The notes under the pieces were generated by a model. That model worked only from the letters and a program-made list of their open reading frames with translations, did no database searches and was not told the origin of the DNA. The position numbers and the translations under genes were made by a program. A stretch of 64,000 bases of DNA. It comes from Clostridia bacterium (GTDB lineage: Bacteria; Bacillota; Clostridia; UBA1212; DUPL01). Positions 41,181 through 51,888 of the stretch are shown piece by piece; the stretch's first letter is position 1; each line of letters starts with the position of its first letter. The stretch covers positions 160,001-224,000 of the forward strand of contig JBMNIW010000008.1 in NCBI GenBank assembly GCA_050951325.1, written 5' to 3'.

Positions 41181-43135
41181 ATGGCAAAAAAAATATTACT
41201 TATTTTCCTTGTATTTTCCATGGTATTTCCGGCAGTACCCCTTACAGCAGAAGAAAAAGTTAATCTGATTAACGAGAGCACCACCATTCATTCAGCAAGT
41301 CCGCACTCAAATGCCAGCTTCGAAGACGGAGTTTTTAAGGAATTCCGGTAGGGAGTCATCTTTCACTTCTTGAAATACCAGGATTGATAAACCAGTACTC
41401 ATGGTCAGGAGATGTCAAGATACTTGAGTATGGCAACGACTCCGGCGCCAGCGGCGTCAGGTTTTGTATAGGTTACAATGGAGACAACTATCTGAACCTG
41501 ATACTGACCCGCAAAGTTGGAGTTTCAGCTGAAAAACTGGGCACAGGCGCAGAACTGGATGTATACCGCCTTACAAAAGATGGTTTCGACAGAGAATTGA
41601 ATCCGGGTACAGAGTTTCATTTTGAAATAAAGAAGCAGGGCAACTATGTAAGATTGCTGGTTGATGGCGAAGTGGTCATGGATACCGCCTTTGCTGACAG
41701 ATATGATTTCTTCACACCTGGCAACGATAGAAACATAGGTTTTAACAGTTCCAACTGTTCCTTCGAGGTAAGGAACATAAAGGTTTACAATGAAGCAGAA
41801 CTCCAACTCGATAGTGAACACAAACTCACTTTTGATGAACTGGCACTTGGTACTTTGGCAAGAGGAAGATACTCAAATTGGTATATCGAATGGCCATCTA
41901 CCAACTATTCCGGGGTTTCCTTGCACGATGGTACCAAGGCATTGGAGGTAAAAGGATATTTTCAATCCGTCTTTGCCTATCCAGTTCGCAGGAAATACAG
42001 TGTTGGTGTTAGTATGATCTCCAAAATTGATTCATCAAATACCGGATTGTTCATCCGGTCAAGCAATGACAGAATCCTGACACATAGCGACAATGCACCA
42101 CACGCCGAATACTTTGAAGCTGATAAAGCAGGCTCCATTGCAGGCACTGGTCTGTTTTTAAAGCCTTTGCACGGCAAAAATATAATTCAGATTGTTGTGA
42201 AGCAATATAACGAGGAAGCAGCAAGTAAAGTGCAATCCCAGGCTGTAAGCCTCGACATTGCAGATATCCTTGGGGACAACGATCAAACAACGAGCGTTGC
42301 AAATTACCGATTCGAGGATGATGGCTCAATAATTAATGCATATGTTAATGACACACTGGTTGTCATAATTGAGCTCTCAAAAGAAACCATAACATATCCT
42401 CGTTTAAACCAGGCCAAAAACTTTGGCCCGAGCCGGGATTCATACGTAAAATCCGTTACAATCAAAAGTCCAGACGGGAATGTCCTAAAAACTGTAAACA
42501 ACACTATGGTCTGTGCAGAGTACAGTGTGATGGGTGTTGCATCAAGGAGTCACAGCTCAAGTCATCCATATTACATATACGAGCTTGATGTTGAAATGGA
42601 ATTGGAAAAAATCCACACACCCAAACACGTTGAATATGCAGGTTCGCAAATTAGGACCACCCTCGTCCCCTATAAATCACAAAGCGGAAACCTTGATCTG
42701 GAAGATTTAAGACAAGGACTAAGATTCGCCTTTGATGTACCTGAAATAAACGACACAATTGGATACATGGGCAGAAGATATACGGTTGTTGACAATGGTG
42801 CCCTGGTGGTTCTTGAGAAAAATATTGGCGACTTGTCCCTTCTGACTTATGAGAATATCGACAATTACAAGATTGCTCTGCAGGACAAGCTTATTGAGGT
42901 GGAAGACGCTGGTTTTACTTATCAATCCGCCTATATCTATAACATTCCAAAGGAAGCCAGGAATGAAATGATAGCTGCAAGGGCCTTTATCAAATGTGAA
43001 GACGAGAACGGAAATGTCATATACCTTTACAGCGATGTACAAATACAAAGCGTTTTAAGTGTCTATGAGACAATAAAGAATGCAGGTATTGAACTGCCTG
43101 AAGACATTAAGGAGTGGTGTGAAGATGAAATATGA
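41181..43135 (+). CDS. Secreted multidomain lectin-like protein (DUF1080-like + second lectin-like domain + GxQIR/GLRF C-terminal domain); frameshift near 41337
   Basis: AAGGAG RBS and signal peptide. One inserted base joins ...DGVFK to GIPVGSHL...INQYSWSG. IGFNS..FEVRNIKV motif. Confidence 0.7.
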
Positions 43136-43229
43136 AATACCTAATATGGAGATTGTAATGTTCGAAGCCGATGAGGTTATCACTGCAAGTGCTGATTACT
43201 TTGGAGTCGACTTTGAAGATTTGATATAG
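43125..43229 (+). CDS. 34-aa peptide MKYEIPNMEIVMFEADEVITASADYFGVDFEDLI (absent from the ORF track)
   Basis: AAGGAG RBS, overlap with the upstream stop, terminator directly downstream. Confidence 0.75.
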   Translation: MKYEIPNMEIVMFEADEVITASADYFGVDFEDLI

Positions 43230-43238
43230 GTAATTAAT

Positions 43239-43268
43239 GGCAGTATCCATTACGGGTGCTGCCTTTTT
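43239..43268 (+). terminator. Intrinsic terminator
   Basis: GGCAGTATCC-ATTAC-GGGTGCTGCC-TTTTT. Confidence 0.85.
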
Positions 43269-43271
43269 GTA

Positions 43272-43300
43272 TTGCATCTAAAAACACTTTATTGTATAAT
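43272..43300 (+). promoter_or_regulatory. Sigma-A promoter
   Basis: TTGCAT-N17-TATAAT. Confidence 0.6.
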
Positions 43301-43326
43301 ATGTAAAAACACAAAGGATTCGAAAA

Positions 43327-44376
43327 ATGATATATACTCCCGTTTCTGACCATTTTGAGTACTTTGAAGAACTGGATGACGTTGAGCAGTTCTATAAAAC
43401 ATATTATGAAGTCAGGGATAATCCCAACAAAGTGGCAAAGCTCATTAAAAGTGTGGATAATCCCAAACTTTTTTTAGTGCCTGAAATCTATGGACATGAA
43501 GTGTTTAATATCAGGTCTTTGTTCGATGACGTATACGAACATGAAATAACAATTAGAAAACACGCCCGTTACAGTCCTCCCATTAATCATGAACACTCAT
43601 ATTATGAAATGATATACGTACTAAAAGGAAACGCCGACAATATAATTGAAGAGATACCATATAAGATGTCAGATGGAGATATATTTCTTTTGCCTCCCGG
43701 GGTTTGTCACAGAATCTGGGTGGGAGATGACAGTGTGATTGTGAATATAATAATCAAAAAGTCGCTTTTCACAGATCGCTTTCTAGAAGAAATCGGAAAA
43801 GACGGCGTTATTGCCAAATTTGTAAGGCAAAATGTCTATCAGCCTCTTGGTGAATCAAAACACTTAAAGTTCCACACACTACATCATGCACCGCTTAGGA
43901 ATATCCTTGCTTTACTAGTATCCGAAGCTTTCAGAGGACCTAATAGGTTTCAGATAAAGAAACTGCTATTGGCAACGGTGTTCAATTATCTCAAGGTCAG
44001 CGAGTTGTACGATGGAGAAGATACATGTTCTGAGAGTGAAATCACAAACAATATACTGGAGTACATACATAAAAACCATATGACTGTCACACTTTCAGAT
44101 GTGGCAAACCATTTCAATTATTCAGTTTCATACCTGAGCAAACTGATAAAAAAACTAACAGGCATGTCCTTTGTCAACATTCTACAGTCCATAAAACTCA
44201 AAGAAGCCTGTCACCTTCTTGTCACGACAAACTATAAAATTGAGACTATCATGGAGATGGTCGGATACAACAACACAATGTATTTCAACAGAGTGTTTAA
44301 AGAGAAGATTGGGACATCACCCAGCAGATACAGGAAGATGCACAAAGAATCCATGATAACAAGATCTGATAATTAG
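43327..44376 (+). CDS. AraC family regulator (cupin + HTH)
   Basis: KHARY..HEHSYYEMIYV, SYLSKLIKK, VGYNN..YFNRVFK. Confidence 0.92.
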   Translation: MIYTPVSDHFEYFEELDDVEQFYKTYYEVRDNPNKVAKLIKSVDNPKLFLVPEIYGHEVFNIRSLFDDVYEHEITIRKHARYSPPINHEHSYYEMIYVLKGNADNIIEEIPYKMSDGDIFLLPPGVCHRIWVGDDSVIVNIIIKKSLFTDRFLEEIGKDGVIAKFVRQNVYQPLGESKHLKFHTLHHAPLRNILALLVSEAFRGPNRFQIKKLLLATVFNYLKVSELYDGEDTCSESEITNNILEYIHKNHMTVTLSDVANHFNYSVSYLSKLIKKLTGMSFVNILQSIKLKEACHLLVTTNYKIETIMEMVGYNNTMYFNRVFKEKIGTSPSRYRKMHKESMITRSDN

Positions 44377-44414
44377 TTCTATCAATAAAGTTATCTGAAG
44401 GAAGTGAACATTTT

Positions 44415-45544
44415 ATGAGTGAAATTAAAATGGTTTTCAAGTGTACTATATCAAAAAGACAATTAATTCGGAGTCTCATACACTATGTTATTATAGTTTT
44501 GCTTTCCTTAATAATCCTTGCCCAGTATTCCCAAGTGATGGACCAATTCAAGTATGGAACGCACTATTTGGAACACCAGAACTGGGACATATGCATAACA
44601 ACCACGTCTTCTTCCGGAATTCCAATTGATAAATTCAACGAGATAGTAAGCGAGGAGAACATAATAACAAAGTATCAAAAGATATTTTGGTAGAAACACT
44701 GGTGAACGATTCCCTTGATAGTTTGTTTCATACACTGCTACCACAAGAAACCTTGATGTCATATGACAAGAAGCTTATGTCAAGAAAAGATGCCGTAGTT
44801 CTACCCCACTCTGTCGCAATGGAAATTGATGCAAAAGTCGGCGATACAGTGTCAGTACACGCACTTTTGACTGATGAAATACACGATTTTGTTCTGACCG
44901 CCATATATAATGATAATACATATATGCCGTTTTTTAAAGCAGTCGTCCTAAGCGGCAGTTTTCACTCTCTGGAAACTGAACCGGATTATAGTATCATTTT
45001 TGTGGATTTTCGAGATATGAATACTGCCTTGAAGGAAATTGAAAAACTAAAAAAGGACCTGGAAGGAAACCGCCATGACAACTCATCAAGAAGAACGAGC
45101 AATATCAGGTTGGAATACAGGGAGAGCCAGTTACAACTTGAGCTTTCATGGAGAGTATTCGACGAAAAGTCAATAGCCTTTCTTACCTTCTTCTCCATCT
45201 CCTCCTTGTGTTTACTGTTCTTTAATGAAAAACGCAAATCACTGATTGTAAACAGAAAAGCCTTTGGGGTACTGTCAGCCTTCGGGATGAAGCGAATACA
45301 CTATTTTACATATATGTTTGCAAGTTCATTCATATCTCAAATATTTGCATTCATTGTCGCCGCATTAATACTTAACATTTTCGTATATGATTCGATGGAT
45401 TCCTTTTACTTTACAAGGAATATAGTAGAGCTATCGCCGTTCTTTGCTCTCGCATTTGTCATAACTTCAATGGTGGTCGCTTTCCTTGCCTTGTGGCTCA
45501 TACGAAAAGAAAAGTTAATGGAGGCCCTTAATCAGGAAGTATAA
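44415..45544 (+). CDS. FtsX/MacB-type ABC permease; frameshift at a T-run near 44685
   Basis: N-terminal TM, AKVGDTV extracellular motif, GVLSAFGMK + three TMs. One extra T joins the two ORFs. Confidence 0.7.
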
Positions 45545-45558
45545 ACTGGAGGTTCATC

Positions 45559-46671
45559 ATGCTGCTAAAGTATCTGGGTGCCTTATGGAAAAAAAGCTTT
45601 TTAAAACAGGTTTTATCTTTTGCATATTTGCTGCCTGTCATGCTGGTCATATTCACAAGTCTGCTTCAGATGGTACTGCCAAGTTACAGTAACTATCAAT
45701 TCTACAAAAGAAGCAACTTTACTTACATGTACAGCGATATACCTCTTACTGCAGATAATCCATTACAAAGCATCAATGTGGAAGAAGGAGTTTTAATGCC
45801 TTCGAATCACATGGCTGTTTACTCTCAGTTAAATGAGATGGAATACGAGCAGATGTCCTTCTTTGAGAAAAACTCCTTTGAAGATGTTCACTTTGCAACA
45901 AAAGACATGGACATTCATGCAACCTACTTTTCCAAAGACAACTTCATAACCAAAGTAAAAGAGTTTAAGGATAACACAATATACATATCCTACAGCACTG
46001 CAAAGAGTCTGGGGGTCAAGATAGGTGACTTGGTAGCAGTAAAAATACAGGACGACTTTTTGGAGGAAAAAGAAATCAGATTGACTGTCGCAGGATTTAT
46101 TAAACCGCTGTATAGAGATCTTACCCTGTCCTACTCCACCCACACAGGCTTTACAGCGCTGGCTATAATTAGCAAGGAGGATTATGACTTTATTCTTGAA
46201 AATGTTATACGTATAAACTACACCTTCTTTACAGACAAAGTCCAAAATGCAAGTCTAAAGGCCTACGAAGTCAATAAAGATGACTTGGTGAAGTCCGTTG
46301 AGATGTTCTTTGACTTGAAAGAATCAAAAAGGAAAATAGCCTTGTCTGCACTATCCACAATCGCAGCCATTGTTTTTCTCACCTATTTTGAGTTCAGTTT
46401 TGCCAGAAGAAAGAACAGAAAAGACATAGAAACTTTTATGAAGCTAGGAATGCCTGCAAAAAACGTTCGCATAATCTACTTTTTAATAGTTTACACAAGT
46501 TTTGCAATAACAGTACTTCTTACATTGCTTATCAGCAAGTTCATTTACCTTGACAGAATGGTTGGCATATATTGCGATCCTGTTGTACTGCTGACATTCT
46601 TTGCAATCATTCTTATAACAGGAAGCATTTCAATACTGGTCCAGTCGTTGTTTATAAAGCGGTATTGCTAG
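45559..46671 (+). CDS. FtsX/MacB-type ABC permease
   Basis: AKSLGVKIGD, FMKLGM, four-TM architecture. Confidence 0.7.
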   Translation: MLLKYLGALWKKSFLKQVLSFAYLLPVMLVIFTSLLQMVLPSYSNYQFYKRSNFTYMYSDIPLTADNPLQSINVEEGVLMPSNHMAVYSQLNEMEYEQMSFFEKNSFEDVHFATKDMDIHATYFSKDNFITKVKEFKDNTIYISYSTAKSLGVKIGDLVAVKIQDDFLEEKEIRLTVAGFIKPLYRDLTLSYSTHTGFTALAIISKEDYDFILENVIRINYTFFTDKVQNASLKAYEVNKDDLVKSVEMFFDLKESKRKIALSALSTIAAIVFLTYFEFSFARRKNRKDIETFMKLGMPAKNVRIIYFLIVYTSFAITVLLTLLISKFIYLDRMVGIYCDPVVLLTFFAIILITGSISILVQSLFIKRYC

Positions 46672-46711
46672 TCAGCAATACCGCAAATCATCCGTATCAA
46701 AGATCGTAAGG

Positions 46712-47281
46712 TTAATGCGGCGGGGGAGTTTGAGCTACAAACATCTTGTCAAAAAGCTCCATTTCAAGCAAGGAAGGGTCAAACTTTTCATTGACATCAC
46801 AAGTCAATGCCAAATATGTGTTCTCATTCACCCGTTTAACAATGATACTCCTGTTGTTATCCCACTCAAAGTAATTGTATTCCTTTCCATTGTATTCAAC
46901 TACATCCTCATATATTGTTCCATCATCAGTAACATAGGATAACTGTAACTTGTATTCATTATATAAAATCCAATATGTGTATCCTTTCTTGTTAAACATG
47001 CGGCAATCAGGATTGGGGTAGTCCTCCACTCTATATATCAGCTCAAACCGTGATATCTCAAACTGTGTATTAACAGTATAAATATCGTAGAAATTACGAT
47101 GTATAAGCTCTATGTATTCCCAGGAATCAACCATGTCCTCAATCACATAACCTCTTGAAACCTCACCATTATACGGAGATATGTAAGTGTCGGGCGTATT
47201 CTCATGCATGGTATTTTCCTGTTTTAAGCAACCGGACAGTAACACAAGCAGAAATATTAATAACAAAACAGTTTTTCTCAT
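46712..47281 (-). CDS. Lipoprotein of unknown function
   Basis: Lipobox LSGC; GGAGGAG RBS. Confidence 0.7.
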   Translation of the reverse strand: MRKTVLLLIFLLVLLSGCLKQENTMHENTPDTYISPYNGEVSRGYVIEDMVDSWEYIELIHRNFYDIYTVNTQFEISRFELIYRVEDYPNPDCRMFNKKGYTYWILYNEYKLQLSYVTDDGTIYEDVVEYNGKEYNYFEWDNNRSIIVKRVNENTYLALTCDVNEKFDPSLLEMELFDKMFVAQTPPPH

Positions 47282-47319
47282 ACAACTCCTCCATTAGTCA
47301 TCTTCATAAATATATACAA

Positions 47320-48018
47320 CTATGAAGCATTGATGGTCACAACAAACTCTTGTGCTTTTTCACCTGAAACAACTACAAGAATGTTTTCGAATAGAAAGAT
47401 GGCTTCATCCAATGAATTTTTCATTAAATAATCAAAACTACTTCCTTTATACATATTGTAATTCTTGTTCTCTTCCATACTCCTATGATATGATTCAATG
47501 GTTGTGTTACCATATCCGGTGTTGTAATACAGATCTAGCTCCAAACCATTCTCTAAATAGAAAACCACCCTATTATCCTCAAGCAACTCTATAACGCCAA
47601 TTCTGGAGTCATCCAGTTTCATCATATCGGTCAAAGGCTTAACCTCGTAATAAAACTCCTCATCTTTCTTTACTTCCTCAAATAAAGAATCCATATCAAA
47701 AAAAGTCATGCTCCTTTTCGTCGGTGCAGGATTAAGTGTTTTAGTTGGCTCTGGAGTAAAAGAACTATTAGGCACTGTAATATTTGGTGTATTTGTTGGC
47801 TCATTTAGAATTACACCAGGATCCTTCTGTCTGTCAGAAAAGATAAAAAGAAGTACAAAAAAAAGCAAGAAGACAGCCGCAATGCTTGCATAAACCTTTC
47901 TTTTTTTGCCTTTCCCTAGTTTCCCCTTTATACCTTTTTGAATTCTTTCGTCCGCTTCAGGGGTTAACTTGATACTCTCAAACTTATCCTTTAAATACTC
48001 CATCTCATTCATCTCCAA
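47320..48018 (-). CDS. Putative membrane anti-sigma factor
   Basis: Overlaps the ECF gene; single TM (YASIAAVFLLFF) followed by a PT linker. Confidence 0.65.
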   Translation of the reverse strand: MEMNEMEYLKDKFESIKLTPEADERIQKGIKGKLGKGKKRKVYASIAAVFLLFFVLLFIFSDRQKDPGVILNEPTNTPNITVPNSSFTPEPTKTLNPAPTKRSMTFFDMDSLFEEVKKDEEFYYEVKPLTDMMKLDDSRIGVIELLEDNRVVFYLENGLELDLYYNTGYGNTTIESYHRSMEENKNYNMYKGSSFDYLMKNSLDEAIFLFENILVVVSGEKAQEFVVTINAS

Positions 48019-48448
48019 GAACCTCCTTGAGCTTCTCCCTGCTTCTCTTCAGTTGCATTTTAATTGCGGACTCCGACATATTCATCATTCCGGCAATATC
48101 ACCAACTGTATACTGTTCGTAATAATACAGGAGCATAATCAACCTGCTCTTATCAGGCAAAACAGACAATATATCAAGTATCTCAATTCTTTCCACATTC
48201 ATATCTTCTGGTACATCAATTTCATCTGCTTTGTCGACAAACCTTCTCCAATAAGATTTTCTGAAATTTATGCACATGTTTACTGTAACCCTTGCAAACC
48301 AGTTGCGTGCATGCTCCTGACTTTCAAATTTGGGAAGTCGCTTGTAATATGATACAAAAACATTCTGCACCAAGTCCTCCGCATCAAATGTGTTGCCCAA
48401 ATATATCACAGATATTCTGTACACAAGATTTTTGTATGTTTCATACAT
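48005..48448 (-). CDS. ECF sigma factor
   Basis: DAEDLVQNVF, WFARVTVN, YYYEQY..IA..MNMSESAIK..L.R.R. Confidence 0.9.
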   Translation of the reverse strand: MYETYKNLVYRISVIYLGNTFDAEDLVQNVFVSYYKRLPKFESQEHARNWFARVTVNMCINFRKSYWRRFVDKADEIDVPEDMNVERIEILDILSVLPDKSRLIMLLYYYEQYTVGDIAGMMNMSESAIKMQLKRSREKLKEVLGDE

Positions 48449-48551
48449 TTCTTAGTCTTTCTCCTTCATTACCATATACAATCCATCTCCCCAAATGGTC
48501 ACACATGAGTTTGGAATATTAAAAATGCTATTATATAGTCAGGTCCAATAA

Positions 48552-50153
48552 TTAATCTCCATACAAACTTTCAACCGCAGCTCTTTCTATCTCAAGTCCT
48601 CTTTTGTACCTCTCCAAAAAGACATTGAACCCTTTTACATCCTTTTCATCAGGCTCCAATACAGAAGAATCATCCTGTGCAAACACTTTGCCATCAAGAT
48701 AACCTGTCAAAGTCTCATCTTTTTGCCTGTTCTTCATGTAAGAAGCAAGAAGAGCAATACCCCAGGCCCCGCCTTCACCGGCGGTATCAAGCACCGACAC
48801 AGGTACATTCAGTGCGGCAGCCATTACCCTTTGGCCAACACCCTTGGTTTTGAAGAAACCTCCATGACCCCTTAAGTTATTTATCCTGATATCCTCCTGA
48901 TTCAAAATATCCATACCTATTCTCAATGTGGCAATTGATGAGTACATGAGAGTTCTCATAAAGTTTGCAAGATTAAACACACTGCCTGACCTGTATGTAA
49001 AAAGCGGGCATCCTTTTTCAAAACCAGTAATATGTTCTCCGGAAAGATAGTTGTATGCAAGAAGTTCACCGCCGTCTTCTTCACCCTCCAAAGCCATGTT
49101 GAACAAAGTTTCATAGATTCTTCCTATTTCCACATCAAAACCCATTCTTAGCGTATATTCCTTAAACAAGGAGACCCAGGCGTTAAGCTCGGAGCTGCAG
49201 TTGTTGCAGTGTACCATGGCAACCAAATCACCTGCAGGGGTTGTAACCAAATCGATTTCCGGGTATACCTTTTTAAGTTCCTTGTCCAGTACAAACATGG
49301 CAAATACACTTGTTCCTGCTGATACATTACCTGTGTACCTGGCTATGCTGTTTGTGGCAACCATGCCTGTTCCAGCATCTCCTTCTGGCGGACACAAGGG
49401 TATGCCTGGCTTCAGCCTTCCTGCAGGGTCAATCAGTCTTGCTCCCTTCTCTGTTAGAACACCTGCATCAGCACCTGCAGCAAGAACCTTTGGCAGTATG
49501 TCTCTTGTTCTAAAAGGCATGTTTCTATCCTTTAGTACGCTGTCAAATAGACACAGCATGTCTCCATTGTAGTCTTTGGCATGAATGTCAATCGGGAACA
49601 TACCTGAGGCATCCCCAATCCCAAGCACCTTCTTTCCAGTCAGCTGCCAATGTACATATCCGCTTAGAGTAACAAGATAGTCAATCCTTTTAACATGGTC
49701 TTCCCCATTCAATATGGCTTGGTAAAGATGGGCAATGCTCCACCTTTGCGGGATATTGTATTGAAACATCCCTGTAAGCTCCTTCGATGCTTTTTCAGTA
49801 TATGTATTTCTCCAGGTTCTGAAAGGTACAAGGAGCTTTTCACCCTCAAAGGCAAGATATCCATGCATCATTGCACTTATTCCAATGGAGCCTACTCTGC
49901 TTAGTGTTAGTCCATATCTCTTCTTAACATCCTCAAAAAGATTTCTGTAGCTTTCCTGGATACCTTTAAAGACATCATCAAGGGAATAGGTCCAATTGCC
50001 ATCAATATATTCGCTTTCCCACTCAAAACTGCCTGCTGCCACAGGTTCATGATCATCAGTAATGAGAACGGATTTGATTCTTGTTGAACCAATTTCAATT
50101 CCCAAGGACGTTCTACCACAACTTATGCATTCAATAACCTTGTCAACGCTCAT
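48552..50153 (-). CDS. FGGY carbohydrate kinase (L-ribulokinase/xylulokinase-like)
   Basis: [34 protein letters not shown]. Confidence 0.88.
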   Translation of the reverse strand: MSVDKVIECISCGRTSLGIEIGSTRIKSVLITDDHEPVAAGSFEWESEYIDGNWTYSLDDVFKGIQESYRNLFEDVKKRYGLTLSRVGSIGISAMMHGYLAFEGEKLLVPFRTWRNTYTEKASKELTGMFQYNIPQRWSIAHLYQAILNGEDHVKRIDYLVTLSGYVHWQLTGKKVLGIGDASGMFPIDIHAKDYNGDMLCLFDSVLKDRNMPFRTRDILPKVLAAGADAGVLTEKGARLIDPAGRLKPGIPLCPPEGDAGTGMVATNSIARYTGNVSAGTSVFAMFVLDKELKKVYPEIDLVTTPAGDLVAMVHCNNCSSELNAWVSLFKEYTLRMGFDVEIGRIYETLFNMALEGEEDGGELLAYNYLSGEHITGFEKGCPLFTYRSGSVFNLANFMRTLMYSSIATLRIGMDILNQEDIRINNLRGHGGFFKTKGVGQRVMAAALNVPVSVLDTAGEGGAWGIALLASYMKNRQKDETLTGYLDGKVFAQDDSSVLEPDEKDVKGFNVFLERYKRGLEIERAAVESLYGD

Positions 50154-50238
50154 ATACCAAAACCTCTCTTCATTTCCAATGTTATGTCAAAAATACAACA
50201 ATAACATGGGAGTGTCAATCGATGCATTTAATAATAAC

Positions 50239-50267
50239 AAAAAACCGCACATCATTTAGATGCACGG
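50239..50267 (-). terminator. Intrinsic terminator
   Basis: CCGTGCATC-TAAAT-GATGTGCGG-TTTTTT. Confidence 0.75.
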
Positions 50268-50278
50268 CTCATAATTAT

Positions 50279-50377
50279 CTAAATCGTCATATGATAGTTG
50301 CCAGTAATGGAATAGGCAAAAAGGAACATGCCTCTTTCCAATGAATTGAAAAGATATGTCAAGCTTTCCAAATCTCC
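50279..50377 (-). pseudogene. 5' remnant of an ECF sigma gene
   Basis: GDLESLTYLFNSLERGMFLFAYSITGNYHMTI* resembles the start of ECF region 2. Confidence 0.45.
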
Positions 50378-50435
50378 TTAAAAGCATTTTCACTTATATA
50401 ATCTCTGAGAAGGGCTGTTTGTGACACTAATTTAT

Positions 50436-51563
50436 TTATTCTATTGTTTTTGCCAAAAATGATCCATCAAGATTCCACACAAGCTCCTTTATCTCAAAGA
50501 AGTGCAGCTGATTTGGCTCATGGGAAATATAGGAGATGTACCATTTGCCTTTGCTGAAATATACTTCGCTGGCAGAAACCGACCCGATTATTGTTCTGAT
50601 ATCCGGATCCGCATCAACAAACCCAGTGGTCGGCTTGTCAGAGACCGCAAACACGGTGCCTGCCTTGTAGTCTGTATAGAACAAATAGTATTTGTTGTCT
50701 TTCTTTACTACGAAAGGTGACTCCGGTGGTGTGTTTAAGCTCTCATTAAGAACAAAATATCCTTCATCCTTCCAGTCGTACAGATTTTTGGAAGATGCAA
50801 CGCCAATTGCGTAAATGTTTCTTTTGTATTCCTCACTGTACATGTGAGCACAATAATAGGCGTAGAAGGTGTCACCATCTTTCAAAATACATGGATCTCT
50901 TCCATCGGACCAGGTGTCCTTGTTCCAAATCGCCCACTTGCCTGGAATTATAACCGGGTTGTTTTCATACCTCTCCCAGTGGTACAGATCCCTTGATTTT
51001 GCAAGTCCAATTGCCTGGGCCACATTGTTGTTCACCCCTGTATAGAACATCCAGTACTCACCCTCATGATATATCACATGAGGCGCCCATACCTGGTATT
51101 CATCCCACTCCCCTTCTTTGGTCTGCAGCACCGGTTCTTTTACTTCCCAGTTTATCAGGTCTGTACTTACGGCATGCCCAAAGTTGTTGGTTGGACATTC
51201 AGCCCATGTAGTCACCGCCTTGCCTCTTATGTAAAAAAGATGATGAACACCATCCTTTTCAATCAAGGCATGGTCTATTACCGTTCCACCAATTTCGGCA
51301 AATCTTCCTACATAGGGTATCCTATTACTCTTAAGCTGCTTAAGTATGTCCTTTGCCTGCTGAATTATATCTTCGGGAGAGCCATATGAATCATCAACCC
51401 ATTCAAACCTTCCTTTGGGTATTTGCTCCTTTAACATCCTCTCCGCCCTGCCAAGCAGACACAACCCAATTTCTCTAGCCTTTTCAAACTCGAACTGATT
51501 GGAATAGTTGTCCTCGTTCAAATTACGAAAGCCCTTTCTAATGCTTTCAATATCATTAAACAT
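50436..51563 (-). CDS. GH32/GH43-like five-bladed beta-propeller hydrolase
   Basis: HLFYI, GHAVSTDLINW, WAPHV, GRDP, ESP. Confidence 0.8.
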   Translation of the reverse strand: MFNDIESIRKGFRNLNEDNYSNQFEFEKAREIGLCLLGRAERMLKEQIPKGRFEWVDDSYGSPEDIIQQAKDILKQLKSNRIPYVGRFAEIGGTVIDHALIEKDGVHHLFYIRGKAVTTWAECPTNNFGHAVSTDLINWEVKEPVLQTKEGEWDEYQVWAPHVIYHEGEYWMFYTGVNNNVAQAIGLAKSRDLYHWERYENNPVIIPGKWAIWNKDTWSDGRDPCILKDGDTFYAYYCAHMYSEEYKRNIYAIGVASSKNLYDWKDEGYFVLNESLNTPPESPFVVKKDNKYYLFYTDYKAGTVFAVSDKPTTGFVDADPDIRTIIGSVSASEVYFSKGKWYISYISHEPNQLHFFEIKELVWNLDGSFLAKTIE

Positions 51564-51644
51564 CCAAATTCACTCCCATTAATTCATGTCAATTTGAAAA
51601 TAGCATACATGAGCAGAAGACCGAAGTCAATCTTGTGAAATAGC

Positions 51645-51672
51645 AAAAACACCCACATAACTGTGAGTGTTT
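51645..51672 (-). terminator. Intrinsic terminator
   Basis: AAACACTCACA-GTTA-TGTGGGTGTTTTT. Confidence 0.7.
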
Positions 51673-51681
51673 GAGAGCTGC

Positions 51682-51882
51682 TTAGAAAATTCTAAATCCT
51701 CCTGTTTCTTTCACAAGATCCTTTGCATGTACTTTGGGCATGCCTGACTTAATCAGGCTGCGTAGAAAAACAACTCTGAAAACAAGATATCTAATCAAAA
51801 ACCAAAGCAGAATAAAAGGTAAAAGGACAATCAACACCAATACTTTAACAACAAAACTTATCAAATGAAACAACGTCTTCAT
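51682..51882 (-). CDS. Small membrane protein
   Basis: Hydrophobic N-terminus; last gene of the ECF operon. Confidence 0.65.
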   Translation of the reverse strand: MKTLFHLISFVVKVLVLIVLLPFILLWFLIRYLVFRVVFLRSLIKSGMPKVHAKDLVKETGGFRIF

Positions 51883-51888
51883 TTTCCT

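Noticed and set aside
41340-44700. TAG read-through (pyrrolysine or recoding) at 41349 and 44691
   Set aside because: The downstream ORFs are in different frames, so single-base indels explain the joins.
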